DNA from: Schmidtea polychroa
Lineage: Eukaryota
NCBI GenBank assembly: GCA_044892525.1
Contig: CM097885.1
Coordinates: 234,858,001 to 234,922,000, forward strand
DNA length: 64,000 bases
Direction: 5' to 3'
Shown: positions 14,361-26,674 of the stretch, one piece after another
Position numbering within the stretch: the stretch's first letter is position 1
How the letters are laid out: each line of letters starts with the position of its first letter
The notes under the pieces: model-generated
What the model was told of the DNA's origin: nothing
The model's database searches: none
Seen by the model: the letters and a program-made list of their open reading frames with translations, nothing else
Program-made: the position numbers and the translations under genes

Positions 14361-15967
14361 GGCTAAATAATGGAAATCTTGAATCTCAAATGGTCTCTGG
14401 GATTTTAAATAGGTTAAGATTTTGTTTTTGAATAATAAAAATATTTTCATCAAAGTTCTTCTAAAATGGCAATAATTCCTAAAAATCATAAATTTTTTTT
14501 CAATTCTATTTTATTTATTACATATGGAAATGTGAATTATTTAAATAAAATATTTTTTATAATTTAATTCATAATTTAATTTATAATTTAATTCACCAAA
14601 CAAATGGAATAGATTTCATCATGTCAAATGATATTATACATAAATAATAATCATGTAATATTTATGATTTAATGAGTTAATTAATCATCTCAATTAATTC
14701 TTTGTGAATTGAATGTTAATTGTAAGAAATTGTGATTTTTTCCCGCTTATTAAAGTTTTTTTAAATTCTAAAGTCTTTTAAATAAGTTGTTTCTTTAGAA
14801 ATTTTAATATGCTCAATAATATAATTCACGCCTCTCAATTAGCTATGTTCCTGGACCCATGTGTTCGGTAATTCTCTTCAATGTATTCAGCATTGTACCC
14901 ATTACATGAAATCCTAAATACTAGGTCAGAAACTAAACTTATTAGGGTTTGACATTTATTCCTAATCATATTTATTGATTTAAAAAATTTCAAACCTCTT
15001 AACTATATGCCTAATGATTTCATGATAGAAAACTTAAAATATCTAAAACTTTCCGAAAATGAAATAACTAAATCATAAAATTTTGAAGTTTCACTATTAT
15101 TAAAAGGACTTAAGTTCGAATTGTTTAGGTTGTCTGAAAATAATAAAACAGTTAAAATTTGAAGTTTTGCTTTTAAGTCATGGTAATGGTTTTGTGGTTT
15201 CAAATGATTAAAAATTCAAAGGAAAATGATTATTTACGATAGTTATTTAATAATATTAACTTAATAATTGCAGTTCAAATAAAACATGTCTTTTGTTAAC
15301 TATTTAAACAATTTATTAAAAAAAGATCTTGAAGACTATAAATAAGTAATATATCGATGTTTTTTTATTTATAGTCTTCAAGCTCTTTTTTTAATAAATT
15401 CAATGGAAAAAATAATCAGTGGTGAAATTAGAAAAAAATGTTCTTATTTAAACTATGTTTTAAGTATTGGTTAAAAATATTCACAATCTTTTATCACAAT
15501 CAAATATTTCATTTGGCATTTATTAATGAAATACGCAAAGCGCAGTAATCATAAAATATCGCCCAATAAAAGTATTATAAAATAATAAAAATAAAACCTA
15601 CTAGTATAATTTCTATCAAAAAATATGAAAAATAAATTCTTTAATCTACATTACCAGCAGAATTAATAGGAAAGATTTAATAAATTTGATATTAGGTTTG
15701 ATTTGCCGATTCCTTTGATTATATTTTGGAATACATTTATCAAATAATGACATTATGACATACTTATATATTGGGTTTTAAATTCCAATAAAAACTGCAA
15801 TTATATGTCATTTTTAATGAATATTATAATAATAACTGAATATTTTAATACTTTTTACATACAGATTAAAAATTTTGAAAATATAAAAAATACAATGTGA
15901 AATTTAAATTCTTGGACAGAATAATATTTTAAAAAACAATGCAGAAATCTTTTATGAATGCTTAGTA

Positions 15968-17640
15968 CAGTGTTACGCAAATTTTTTGCTTCACGGCACA
16001 CTAAATTGAAAAAGAAATCTTGTGGCACACTTTTCCCCATAGCCCTTCCCATGGCATACGCCGTATTAAATAATTTTGCAATTTCGAAAAAATAACTTAA
16101 ATAAGTAATTCGTGAAATACTTTTGTTTAAAGGAAGAAAAAAATTTTAAATCAGTGATATTTGCGAGCAAGTTTTTGAGAACAAATTTTCGTCAAACTTG
16201 GCTCAATTTTTGACAAACAGACTCGTATTTCCGCGTCCACCATATGTAGTCGCTCGCGATACTTGGATTTGATTGCTGTCAATGCTGAAAATTCAAATTC
16301 GCAGAGTTATGAAGAGCGGAATGGCAACAAGGACTTGAACGCTTTTTCACTTAATTCTGGATATTGACTTCGAAGTGAAATCCAAAATAATGACAATTCT
16401 TGCTCGGCTCGGCGAATTCAAATCATTTTTCAACTCAATGAGACTTTCCTCTTCTACTGTTGGCATTGCACCATTGTAAAAATTTACGAAAGGATTAATC
16501 ACCCAGTCATTTTGTTCTGCATTCAGTGATGGAAAATACTTTGAAATTGCCAGTTCAGGATTTTGAAGCGTCTCATGAATTTCTCGAGAAATCTTTTTTG
16601 GAGATGAGTTTATGCCAAGTAAGAAATCAAAAAGCGAGTTTTGTGACTTGGATTACCACAGCTGCAACTTGTCTTCGAACGCCTTCAGTTTTCCAGTGTT
16701 TAATTTCTCGAAAATATCATTCAGAAAAGATATTTTTAACCACCAAACATCATCATGCGGAAACTAAAAATCATTAGTATCTTCAGTCCTAAAATATGAA
16801 ATAACTTCGATTCGTAAAAATATAATGCGTGCAAGAACTTTGGCTTTGGAAAGCCATCGAACGTCGGTATGGGATAACAGGCATTTGTAGTCAGATTCCA
16901 TTACCTCGCATAAGGACGCAAACAGTCTAGTGTGCAGTGGATTTGACTTGATATAGTTTATGACATAGTTCATTTTCCTGTAAAACTAAAACTTCACGCT
17001 GAATCGTGCAATGCACAATCTTTATACTTGAACTAAGGTTTAATGCATACGAAACGAATCCGTTTCTTCGACCTTGCATCGAAGGAGCTCCATCTGTGCA
17101 GATACTGACGCATTTCCCCATTTTATTCCTCTTGATTCAATGTTTTAATCTGCGAGTACGAAAATACCTTGACCTGTAGTAGTTTCCTTCAGTTCAGAAC
17201 AGAAAAAAATTGATTCTCGATCTGTCCATTTTTGATGATTCACAGAAAATCAAGCAACTGGGCTTTGCTGCTGATGTCTGTCGATTCGTCAATATGAAGT
17301 GCCCAATATTTAGTAACGTCATCAACTACATCCGTGAAATGCTCTCGAAGCTGATCATCAATATCTTCAGACATATCTTTAATTCTGCATGAAATTGTAT
17401 CTGCTGACAAGGGAATCGACTTCATATTTGCAGTAGCCTCGTTGCAAATCATGTAAGCAATAGCAATTTCTAACGCCGGTGAAATAATATTCTCAGCGTC
17501 AGTATGCGCCTTTTTTTCTTAGCCAAATGTTGTGCAATCTTGTAGCTTGCGAGTTAAGCATTTTTGGACACAGAACAAAAATTCTTTAGTTTTTTGGATT
17601 GTTTTTGTTAGTTGCAGTGAAGTTTCTCAAAGTGATCTCT
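15968..17640 (-). mobile_element. hAT (Buster/ZBED5-like) transposon remnant with decayed transposase, 5'-truncated
   Basis: Peptides IPLSADTISCRI, ALHIDESTDISSKAQL, SICTDGAPSMQG, HCTIQRE, LLSHTDVRWLSK, plus a C-terminal dimerisation region. End begins CAGTGTTACGCAA at 15968. Confidence 0.88.
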
Positions 17641-17649
17641 TTTGTTTGA

Positions 17650-17818
17650 GTCTAGAACGTTTCATCGCCGGACTGTTCATCAGGCGGACGATTCATCAAG
17701 AGGACTGTTCATCATCATCATGATAAACAGTCCTCTTGATGAACCATCCTGTGATGAATAGTCCTCTTGATGAATCGACCGCCCGATGAACAGTCCGACG
17801 ATGAAACTTCCGGATACC
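17650..17818. mobile_element. Fold-back mini element built from ~15-16-bp subterminal units (Mutator/Phantom-like)
   Basis: Left units ttcatcgccggactg / ttcatcaggcggacga / ttcatcaagaggactg are mirrored on the right. Ends CCGGATACC, like the ends at 9038 and 26674. Confidence 0.7.
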
Positions 17819-17854
17819 ATTTTGATTATATGGTCAGGATGACTTGTTATTAAA

Positions 17855-18230
17855 TTAATGTGCAAAATGCAGTGAATAATTGTATTTTAAATGTTTTTAA
17901 AAAATTTTTTTTGTATATTGTATGTATTGCTTGTTGTGTTAAATTAAATAATTAATAAAAATTTTTTAAATTATGAAATTAAATTCTGAATGCTAAAATT
18001 TTAAAAATAATATATTAATTTAATTATAATTTTTAAAAATAATTAAATGTTTTTATTAAATAAAATTTTTTTTTATATAATTAATAAAATTAATAAATTT
18101 GTTTAAAATCCTTAATTTATATAGTTATTATATCCCACCTGATGATGACAGGAAAACTGTCGAAATATATCGTGAAAAGAATGTTTGATTGGCGTTATCT
18201 TATAATTAAATCATTGCCATGTATGTTTAA
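17855..18230 (+). mobile_element. Penelope-like element 3' end (pLTR-like) copy
   Basis: Reverse-complement similarity to 21480-21570 and 20745-20840, which adjoin the RT/GIY-YIG remnant. Contains a hammerhead core. Confidence 0.7.
18136..18174 (+). ncRNA. Minimal type I hammerhead ribozyme
   Basis: CAC-CTGATGA-T-GACAG-GAAAA-CTGTC-GAAA-TATAT-C-GTG: intact core boxes, 5-bp stem II, palindromic mini stem III, 3-bp stem I. Confidence 0.8.
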
Positions 18231-18312
18231 CTATTTAAATAAATGATATAAACCTTTTGCTGCAAAATGTTTGAAAAATCCATTTATTAATAATCACAAT
18301 TTGTTTTATTTA

Positions 18313-18530
18313 CCGTATATACTCGCGTATAAGTCGAGTAAATTTCAAGAGGTTTTTAAGTCCTAAATTGGAAACTCACGTATAAGTCGAAGTAACAAAA
18401 ATAAAAAAAAGGTTTAATGATTTCATTAAAAATTAATTTGTACGTTTTTTGACCCGCGTATAAGTCAAAGTTGCTATTTTGACTTGAAAATTTGACGTAA
18501 ATTTCTCGACTTATACGCGAGTATATACGG
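18313..18530. mobile_element. Tc1/mariner-pogo (Tigger-like) MITE
   Basis: Perfect 26-bp TIR CCGTATATACTCGCGTATAAGTCGAG; TA target duplication; internal CGTATAAGTC repeats. Confidence 0.92.
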
Positions 18531-20744
18531 TAATATATATTTTCAGCAAAAGGCATGTCTTATCATCTACGAGTTTAACAATAATAATTATTATTTTATT
18601 ATTAACAAATATTTGAAAGTAGTATTGATCTTGCAATGGAAAATCGATATTTTAGCACTACTTACAAATAATATCTACAAATACTATTCTTCGTTTTTGA
18701 AAAGGTGAAAAGAAATTCAATTTTCAATTTCTTTCTTACTAATTTTTCAACGGTCTGGTAATTTGCATTATTGTTGTGTATGGTGATCACATATTTCAAA
18801 TTTTCAATAAGTACATGCGTAGGTTATAACGGCAGGCAAGTGTTTCACAATTACAAAGTCCATATGTAATAAAAATGAATAAGTTATTAATAATTACGTT
18901 TTAGACTCTATTTTCTGTAAAGCACTTTACAAATAAATTACAAATCTAGTGTTAATTTAATAAAATTTAATTCATACAAGTTAACCTTATGACGAAAGAT
19001 AGATATATTTTGAAAGACGATTTGGATTAAATAGAATTATTTTAAAAATTTAAAAATATAAATTGTTCAACAAATTCATACAACCCGAAATATGTTTTTG
19101 TATCAGAATTAGAGAAATAAAGAAGTTTTGTTATTTACTAACTGAATGTACGTTTTGCAAAGGTTCCAATTTTGATACTCTTGGCATAAAATATAATTTT
19201 GGGAATCGCCTTTCATCTTATTTCTAAATCTTATTGATTGTAATCTTTTTGGTACATTATCATGATACAGTTTTTAGAAACTAAACCCTTTTGAGAACAA
19301 CCTGTATTAACGCATGACCAGTTTTACTAGAAATCTTTACTAGAAAAGACTCTTAAAAATATTATTTAAAATTTTCCCAACCATTGAATAAACATTATTT
19401 TACGATTATATTACCAAATGATCTTCGAAATTATTCAAAAAAATAAGGTGAAAAGATTTTTTGAAAAGTAATGTAATTGTGAAGTGGTTAGGCTGAATTT
19501 TACATAACCATCGTCTTCATATAAGGATTAAATATTTTATTTTGTATTAAATAATATCATTAGAATAATCAAATTTCAAGAAATATTTACAATTCACAAA
19601 GAAATATTATAAGATTATTTATTCTTATTTAAGATTTCATCGATCCTTAGTCGAAACTAAATAAATATAAATAAAATCGTAAATGAAAATAGATTAAAGG
19701 AGAAACTAATAAATCGTAATAAATCGTATTTATTTTTTATCTACTTTTTACTATATATTTTGTAATTTTAAAAATTTGGTAATATTGAAAATTTAACTTA
19801 ATGTCCATAAATACAGACAATCTAGCACATTTTTATATATTGGAATAGAATTTTTATTGAAATAATTAACCTTAAACCACTAACAATTGATAAATGTGAT
19901 TCGAAAGCTTGTAGTCATTCCTAAATATTTATTGATTTATTATCATCTAACTAGAAAAATCATAAGTTTTAGTGTGTTTACTTGTCGCCGTTTGTAACTC
20001 GTGTAGATAATAAGTGGTATATGTGCGTATTTCTTTATTTTATGTCGTCTCGCAATGTTTTCAACAAAAACCAACACTATTCAATAAAGAAAAAAATTGA
20101 AAAGAAAAAGTTATTAACATTTATAATACTAAAAATTAATTACTCATTAAAATTTTTATGTTTAATAATTGTGCTTATAATCAATATCGCAATTCCTTTG
20201 AACCAGGAAATGTGAAATAGTGGTGATATGTATAAATTCGTGGATTAGTTGCTTTCATTAATATATATAAACAGGTTAGGAGTTAGACACAGTATTAAAT
20301 AGTTTTTAAGACTTTAAATTAATTTTTAATTCATTAAAATTAATAAAAAGTTAATAACTATAAACCAATGGGAATAAATTAAGAAATTGTCATTTTTGTC
20401 TAATTGTCATAACCTTTAAACTTGTATCAGAGGCTTATCATATCATTGAGTAATTATTTATTTACACGGTTAGTGTACAACTTGTAACATTACCTTATAT
20501 TTATAGATCGACAAGAATGTTAATTTTCAATTTTCTTTGCTTTCAATTATTTTCAGATTATAAATAAATATATTTTTATTTATTTAGCACGACTTTTCAC
20601 CCCAGAATTTTAAAATGTGTCTTTTTAAAAGTTGATTCAAAATTTTGTGTTATATAAATAAAAATAGACATTTTAGACCGAAAAAAATAAAAATAAAAAA
20701 TTATATATTAAACACACACACATACATACACACACACATATATA

Positions 20745-22400
20745 GATGGCAACAATTTAATTAGAAGAAAGTGCCACTCAAACATTCGTTTTAATATATA
20801 ATTCGAAAGTTTTCCTGTCATCATCAGGAAGTGATATAATGGGGAAATTTGTTAAACCCAGCAGAGTCTCTTAAAAACTGTAGCTGGATGTTTATTGATT
20901 GTGTGTGCGTGCGTGTAAAGAAAATTAATTATGTACAATGATAATATAATGTAATAATTAATCTCATAAAACGTTTATTTAATACAAATTATAAAAACCT
21001 TCAAAAATTTTCGAAAACCTTCAAATTCGTTATATTACAATGTTAATATTGTGATAATCTCGATAATGGATAATCTATATTCCAATTTAAAGTGTAATAA
21101 TTTTCCGGACTACTTCTTTTATTGAGAACGAAAAATGTTAATTTTATTTTTTATTTAATTTTTCAATTTTTGTTTGGCAATTGCCGTTTTAAATTTTAAA
21201 ATAATAATTATAATAAGAAGAAAAATAATAACAATAAAATAATGTACATTGTAGGTAGGATATCATAACTATAGAAATTATAGATTTTTGAACTAATTTT
21301 TTAATTATATTAATTATATCAAATTTTTAATAAAAATATTTTATTCTTTAAAAATTATAAAAATTATATTTTAATAATAAATTATTTTCTTAAATTATTA
21401 TTATTATTATTTTTTTTTTAAAAAAAAATTTTTTAAATATTGAAATACAAAATAATTCAATTTAATAATTTAATAATTATTTAATTTAACAACAACAACA
21501 TACAATATACAAAAAACTATTAGAAAACATTTAAAACACAAGTATTCACTACATTTTGTACGTTAATTTTTGGATCCAATGATTTTATCAATAACGCTTC
21601 ACAAATTACACGTTCTCAATAATTTTTGAAATATTTTAATAAAAACCTATTTTTTCTCTTACATCTCTTATTGTGCTCACTATTATTGGTCAATAATAAT
21701 GCCTTTGGTCTATAATGTTCTAGGACTCGAATACAGAGAAGACATACACGTCTCTGCAATATGTGGCATTACACGTTTTACATGTAAACTGATAAACGAG
21801 ATCAGAATAAACATGTTGCTTACTTTACATGAATTTTACACAATCTTATAGTTTTAATTCATGCTTGCTTATCTTCCTTTGAAAATCTTTAAAACCTTCT
21901 GAGAACGGCAATACCAACACCAATTTAGGCTCATCATCCTTGCTCACACTATTTAATTTATTTAACTCATCAGACTCACACACATCAAAAAAATCACACC
22001 CAGATTTTCTCAAAAATTGATTTTTAGGATTTTTAATAAATTTATCGACAGTCTCCTTTACCATAATTAATAAAAAGGATTTTGATTCTTCTTCTTCATC
22101 AACAATTCAACCAATTTAACAACACTTTTTACAGAATTTACAAAAGTAGAAGACAAAGACCATGAACGATAAATCAACTCCTTCACCATATTTCTTTTAT
22201 ACTTGAATTCACAAAAAATTTCGGATGAAGTATAGAGACCAGTATCAGTTGGTTTTCTATAAATCTCTGTCTCATAGTGTTTCTTTTTATGTTGTATTAA
22301 CAGATCCAAGAAAGCAAGCGATGATTTTTTCTCTGTTTCACATGTGAATACAATGTTTTTATATAGACTATTCATGTAATGCAAAAACGGAATTATAATT
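20745..22400 (-). mobile_element. Penelope-like retroelement remnant (RT C-terminus, GIY-YIG region, 3' tail with mutated hammerhead at ~20795-20834)
   Basis: FLHYMNSLYKNIVFTCETEKKSSLAFLDLLI..TEIYRKPTDTGLY; LVLPF; SDLVYQFTCKTCNATY. Minus strand reads CTGATGATGACAGGAAAACTTTCGAAT. Confidence 0.85.
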
Positions 22401-22957
22401 TTTATCATCTTTAAGGAATAAAATATTTTTATTAAAAATTTGATATTAATAAATTTTTTCAAAAATCTACGATTTCTAAAGTTATTCTATCCTACCCGAT
22501 GATTTCACTGAAATACGAAATTTAGCAGATTTGTCTGATTTAATCTTTTTATTTTCTTTTCCCATCTCTTGTTGTTAATTAATATTTTCAAACGAAATAT
22601 AATTATTTACACAAATTAAAATAATATTCAAAATCCAATAAAATTTTATATTTAACAATTAGATTAATATAAATTTTTGCATTCAGTCTGGCTTTGACAC
22701 TTTTAAAAAATTTTATGATAAACCATCGGTTGAGGAATTATTTATAAAAAAACAATTCAAATCAATAGATAAGCTATTTTCGCAGTGTTTATTATTGAAA
22801 ATTTTAAATCTAAAAATAAATCCAGTTTATTCAAATACGAAATTTTGCAGACCTCTTTGGTTGAATATTTCTTTATAATAATCATTACAAAAATGATTTA
22901 CCTATTTGTTTGAATTATGTTTTAATAATATATATTATAATTTAATTATTAAATAAT

Positions 22958-23013
22958 TGTTATTATTATTATTATTGTTATTATTATAATTATTATTATT
23001 ATTATTGTTATTA

Positions 23014-23054
<41 letters not shown>

Positions 23055-23056
23055 GT
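22958..23056. repeat. (ATT)n microsatellite
   Basis: Direct observation. Confidence 0.9.
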
Positions 23057-23170
23057 TTTATAATTTTGAATTTAAATTAATTATTAAAAAATGATAATAT
23101 TCTCCTCAAAAATTGCCATAAATCAGCCTCAAATTTGTTTTTAATTGGAAAAATAATATTTAAAAAATTC

Positions 23171-23357
23171 TTACAATTCTGTCGCATCAACTGATGATTC
23201 TGATAAATAATTCTCGTCGATTCCAAGTGAATCAGAATCTTTATTTGTCATAAATAATCGCTTTTTGAGAGGAAATTTCTTGTTACTGTTTTCCATTAAG
23301 TAATTCCTAGACTCTATTTGAAGCTCAATATTTGTGCTTGGAAACCTAATTGTCGAT
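23171..23357 (-). CDS. FoxK-like FHA-domain protein, exon 2 (ends at stop 23171-23173 or splices at GTAAG donor 23174)
   Basis: 49-nt GT-AG intron 23358-23406. The spliced frame gives LPAL-STIRFPSTNIELQIES, matching the FoxK (C)TFRFPST motif. Confidence 0.8.
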
Positions 23358-23406
23358 CTAATAAAAATTCATAATTATAGCGACTTTCAGAAGTATTATT
23401 TATTAC

Positions 23407-23666
23407 AATGCTGGCAAGGGAACTTCATCTAAAGTATACACTTGAAAAGACTCGTTTATAAATATTCCATTTTTTCCAAAACATTTTAAGAAAAGTCTAT
23501 TGTCTTTTGATATTAATTTCAAATGCATTCTTGATATACAAGGAGATGAGGTAATTGTTAAATCGACTTTAGAATTGACATCTCGACCAATAACACATGT
23601 ATTATTTTTCATTAAATAAAGAATATTAATTCCAGAAACTCTAGCGTGAATAAATTCATTGTCCAT
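23407..23666 (-). CDS. FoxK-like FHA-domain protein, exon 1
   Basis: ARVSG..YLMK..VIGR..VDL..ISRMHL..FLKCFGKNGIFIN matches the FoxK1/2 FHA pattern. GT donor at 23406. Confidence 0.85.
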
Positions 23667-26029
23667 ATTAAATACTCTATTATTAACTATTTTAAAATTT
23701 TTAATTTATGTAAAAATATCGATAATTAAAATTTATGAACAATTACTAATTTCAAAGCAATTAAGTGTTATTAGATTAGTTTGATAAATTTAAACAAGAT
23801 TGTCCTTTTAACCATATGGATTAATAGCAATGAAAAGTATAAATAATTAATTTAAAATATAATTTAGAAAGAATATCATGCTAAATAATGAAAATATTTT
23901 TCAAAAAAATTATATAGACCCAACAGTCTCTTGATAAATAATAATATTTAACTTTCAAGAAAAAGCATGAAACATTTTAGGAAACTCATTTCTCAAGTTC
24001 ACAAATTCTATTTCGATTATGAAATAAAATTGTGAAAATAAAAAAGATTTAATATAAAAAAAGAATTAATTTGAAGCATATTTCTTTTGTTGGCAAAACC
24101 AGGGATTAAATCTTATTTGTTTGGCTGCATCAGTAACATACCAAATGCAACTGGCATCAATACGTTCAAAATTCAAAAACTTAAAGACACCATTTAAGCA
24201 TGTAATAATGAAAGAAACACAAAATAAATAATAAACAGAAAAATGAAAATAATAACTGCAAGTACGACACGAAAATAACATACAACGAAAAAATGAAATA
24301 AACGAAGCAGCCTCGAGAGACCAAGAGAAAGATTAATTTATTAATTAATTAAGATGTATTTTGACTTGGGCATTAAGTTACGGATTTTGAAGTTTGGTGA
24401 TTCAGTACATGATTATTAACGGTTTAGTTTAGTATATATTTAATATCAGATATCGTGAAGAGTGTGTTGGTTACTAAGGGTTTGTCATTTTAAATTTTAA
24501 ATACGTTAGGGGTAATCATAGGTATTCACTCGACTCTTTCCTAAGCCCCTCCATGACTATTGTACTTTAAACAATTTGTGTAACCATGGCGATGACCATG
24601 TTATTACTGTACACAAAGCCGAAAAAACAATGAGCAGGTGAGCTCTATTGCTAAAACTACTCCCCATTGTATTTTCTCTTCGGGTTCTAGACGGCCGATA
24701 GAAGGTCTTACGTCATCGATCATTTTCTATTTCTACTTTTCTATCTCATTCGGCTATGGTCCTCATTTCTAGATGTTTTCTATTGTTTCCTTTTAAAATT
24801 TTGTGCAGGGATGCGCCCTTATTTTTCTATTAATAAAGGTTACTAGGTATTTTCCTTGATATTTATGAATATTTAACCTATCTCGCAAAGAATTGAGCAG
24901 GGATCGGCTCTTATTTCCAAGTTAATCCACACTTCCCACAATATTTAAATTGTCCTTCAAAAAAATTTGACCAGGGATCTGCCTGTATTCTTAGTCCTAA
25001 CCCATTTCCGACTAGAAAATACTTACGGAAACGGACCAGGGGAGAAGCCTCCTCGTTATGGCCTGATCAATCCGTGTGAATCTGAAACGCCAGCTGACCT
25101 ACTCGCAATAGGAACAACTAGTGTCCCTTAATGCTGTGGCCTACTGGATTCCAGTTCCACTATAACTACTATTCAAAACTAATAAACGTAAAAGTTGAAC
25201 CGAATAAAAATTATTATTTAAAACTTAAAACTAAATGAAATTAAACAATTAAAAAGGACAACAAAAGAAAATTAAACTAAAAAATTAATTGCATGTAAAA
25301 TTTATTAAATTAAATCATTTAGTAAAAATTACAATAAAAAAAACAAAAAAAAAATTACCAAATCCACGATGGCATAAAATCGAAAACTGAGAGCTTTACT
25401 GTCTGCAAATTAAGTTGTGGTGTTGAAAAAAAGTTTTTTCAAATGAATTTGTAATCAGTATTTATACTGATTTTGAATGCGCATTCATGCATTCTTTGCC
25501 ACTCTATCCAATTAGAGTGCGAGAAATCTTGAATTAATTTTGCATACATGCATGAGTGTGTGCAATTATTTATTTGTTTTTAATTTCATTAATTTAATTA
25601 ATTGATTATTTAATTTTTTATTAATTTTAATTTTATAAATTTTATAATTTAAATAATTTGAGTTATATTAATTTTTATTAATTTAAACATTTTTATTCTT
25701 TAAATTTAATAAGTTACATAACCATTTAATTCTATAAACTTTACAATTTACACAATGCTAACTAATTTTATTATTTTGACGATTTAATTTTTAATTCGTT
25801 TAAATAATGTTCAAATAATTCTATTTTACATTTTATTATTTTTCTATCGAAATTTTTAAGCGTTGAATTTTTCTGTTAAATTTATTTATCTCTTTATTCT
25901 ATTATACGGGGTTTATTGATTCTTAATGTGTGATGTAATTTATTTTATTTATTTTATATTAAACCTTGATCATAAATTTTTTCAACTTTGCGGTTTTTGT
26001 GTTAGGTATTTTCGATCGATTAAAACAAA

Positions 26030-26674
26030 CTCTAGGGAAATTCGTCGCAGAACAATTCATCGCAAGACATTTCGGCGCGGACAATTCGGTGTAGAAAAAC
26101 GGACAATTCGCCGCGGAAAATTAAAATATATTAATCGTATTTAGAATTTTGAATACTTAATTAAACCCCATACACATTACGTAACAATACAAATAAAATA
26201 CAATGTTATTGTATGAAAAAAGTTAATTGAACACAAATAAATGTCAAAGTTTTGAATAATCATATGCTATTTTTTAATTGAAATTATTTGAATATAATAA
26301 ATTTTAATTTTTTTAATTTATTTTTCTTAGATTTTTCTAATGTAATGAAATTGGGTTCAAATCGATAAAAATTGGTAAAATTTATAAAAATAACAACTAA
26401 TTACCCATTAAGACTGATTAGATTGAATCGCTAGATAGTTACAAAATACAAAAATTATTCTTATTTAGTTATGGTATAAATTATAATTATTAAATCTAAA
26501 TTTAAACCATAACATTTATAATAGTATAGGTTTGCTTGATTATATACATATAATATTAATAACACAATAAATAATTTATTTTATTGTTTTCACATGTATT
26601 AAAAATTTCTGCTCAAAATTGTACGCGATGAATTGTCCGCAACGAATTGTTCTGCGACGAATTGACCGGTTACC
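26030..26674. mobile_element. Non-autonomous Mutator/Phantom-like element with 15-bp subterminal tandem units
   Basis: Left aattcgtcgcagaac-aattcatcgcaagac.. is mirrored by ..gaattgttctgcgacgaattgaccggttacc. Confidence 0.75.

Noticed and set aside
11200..15210. Possible host exons on the minus strand (e.g. 13344-13529, 14830-15203)
   Set aside because: No recognisable protein family or consistent splice model.
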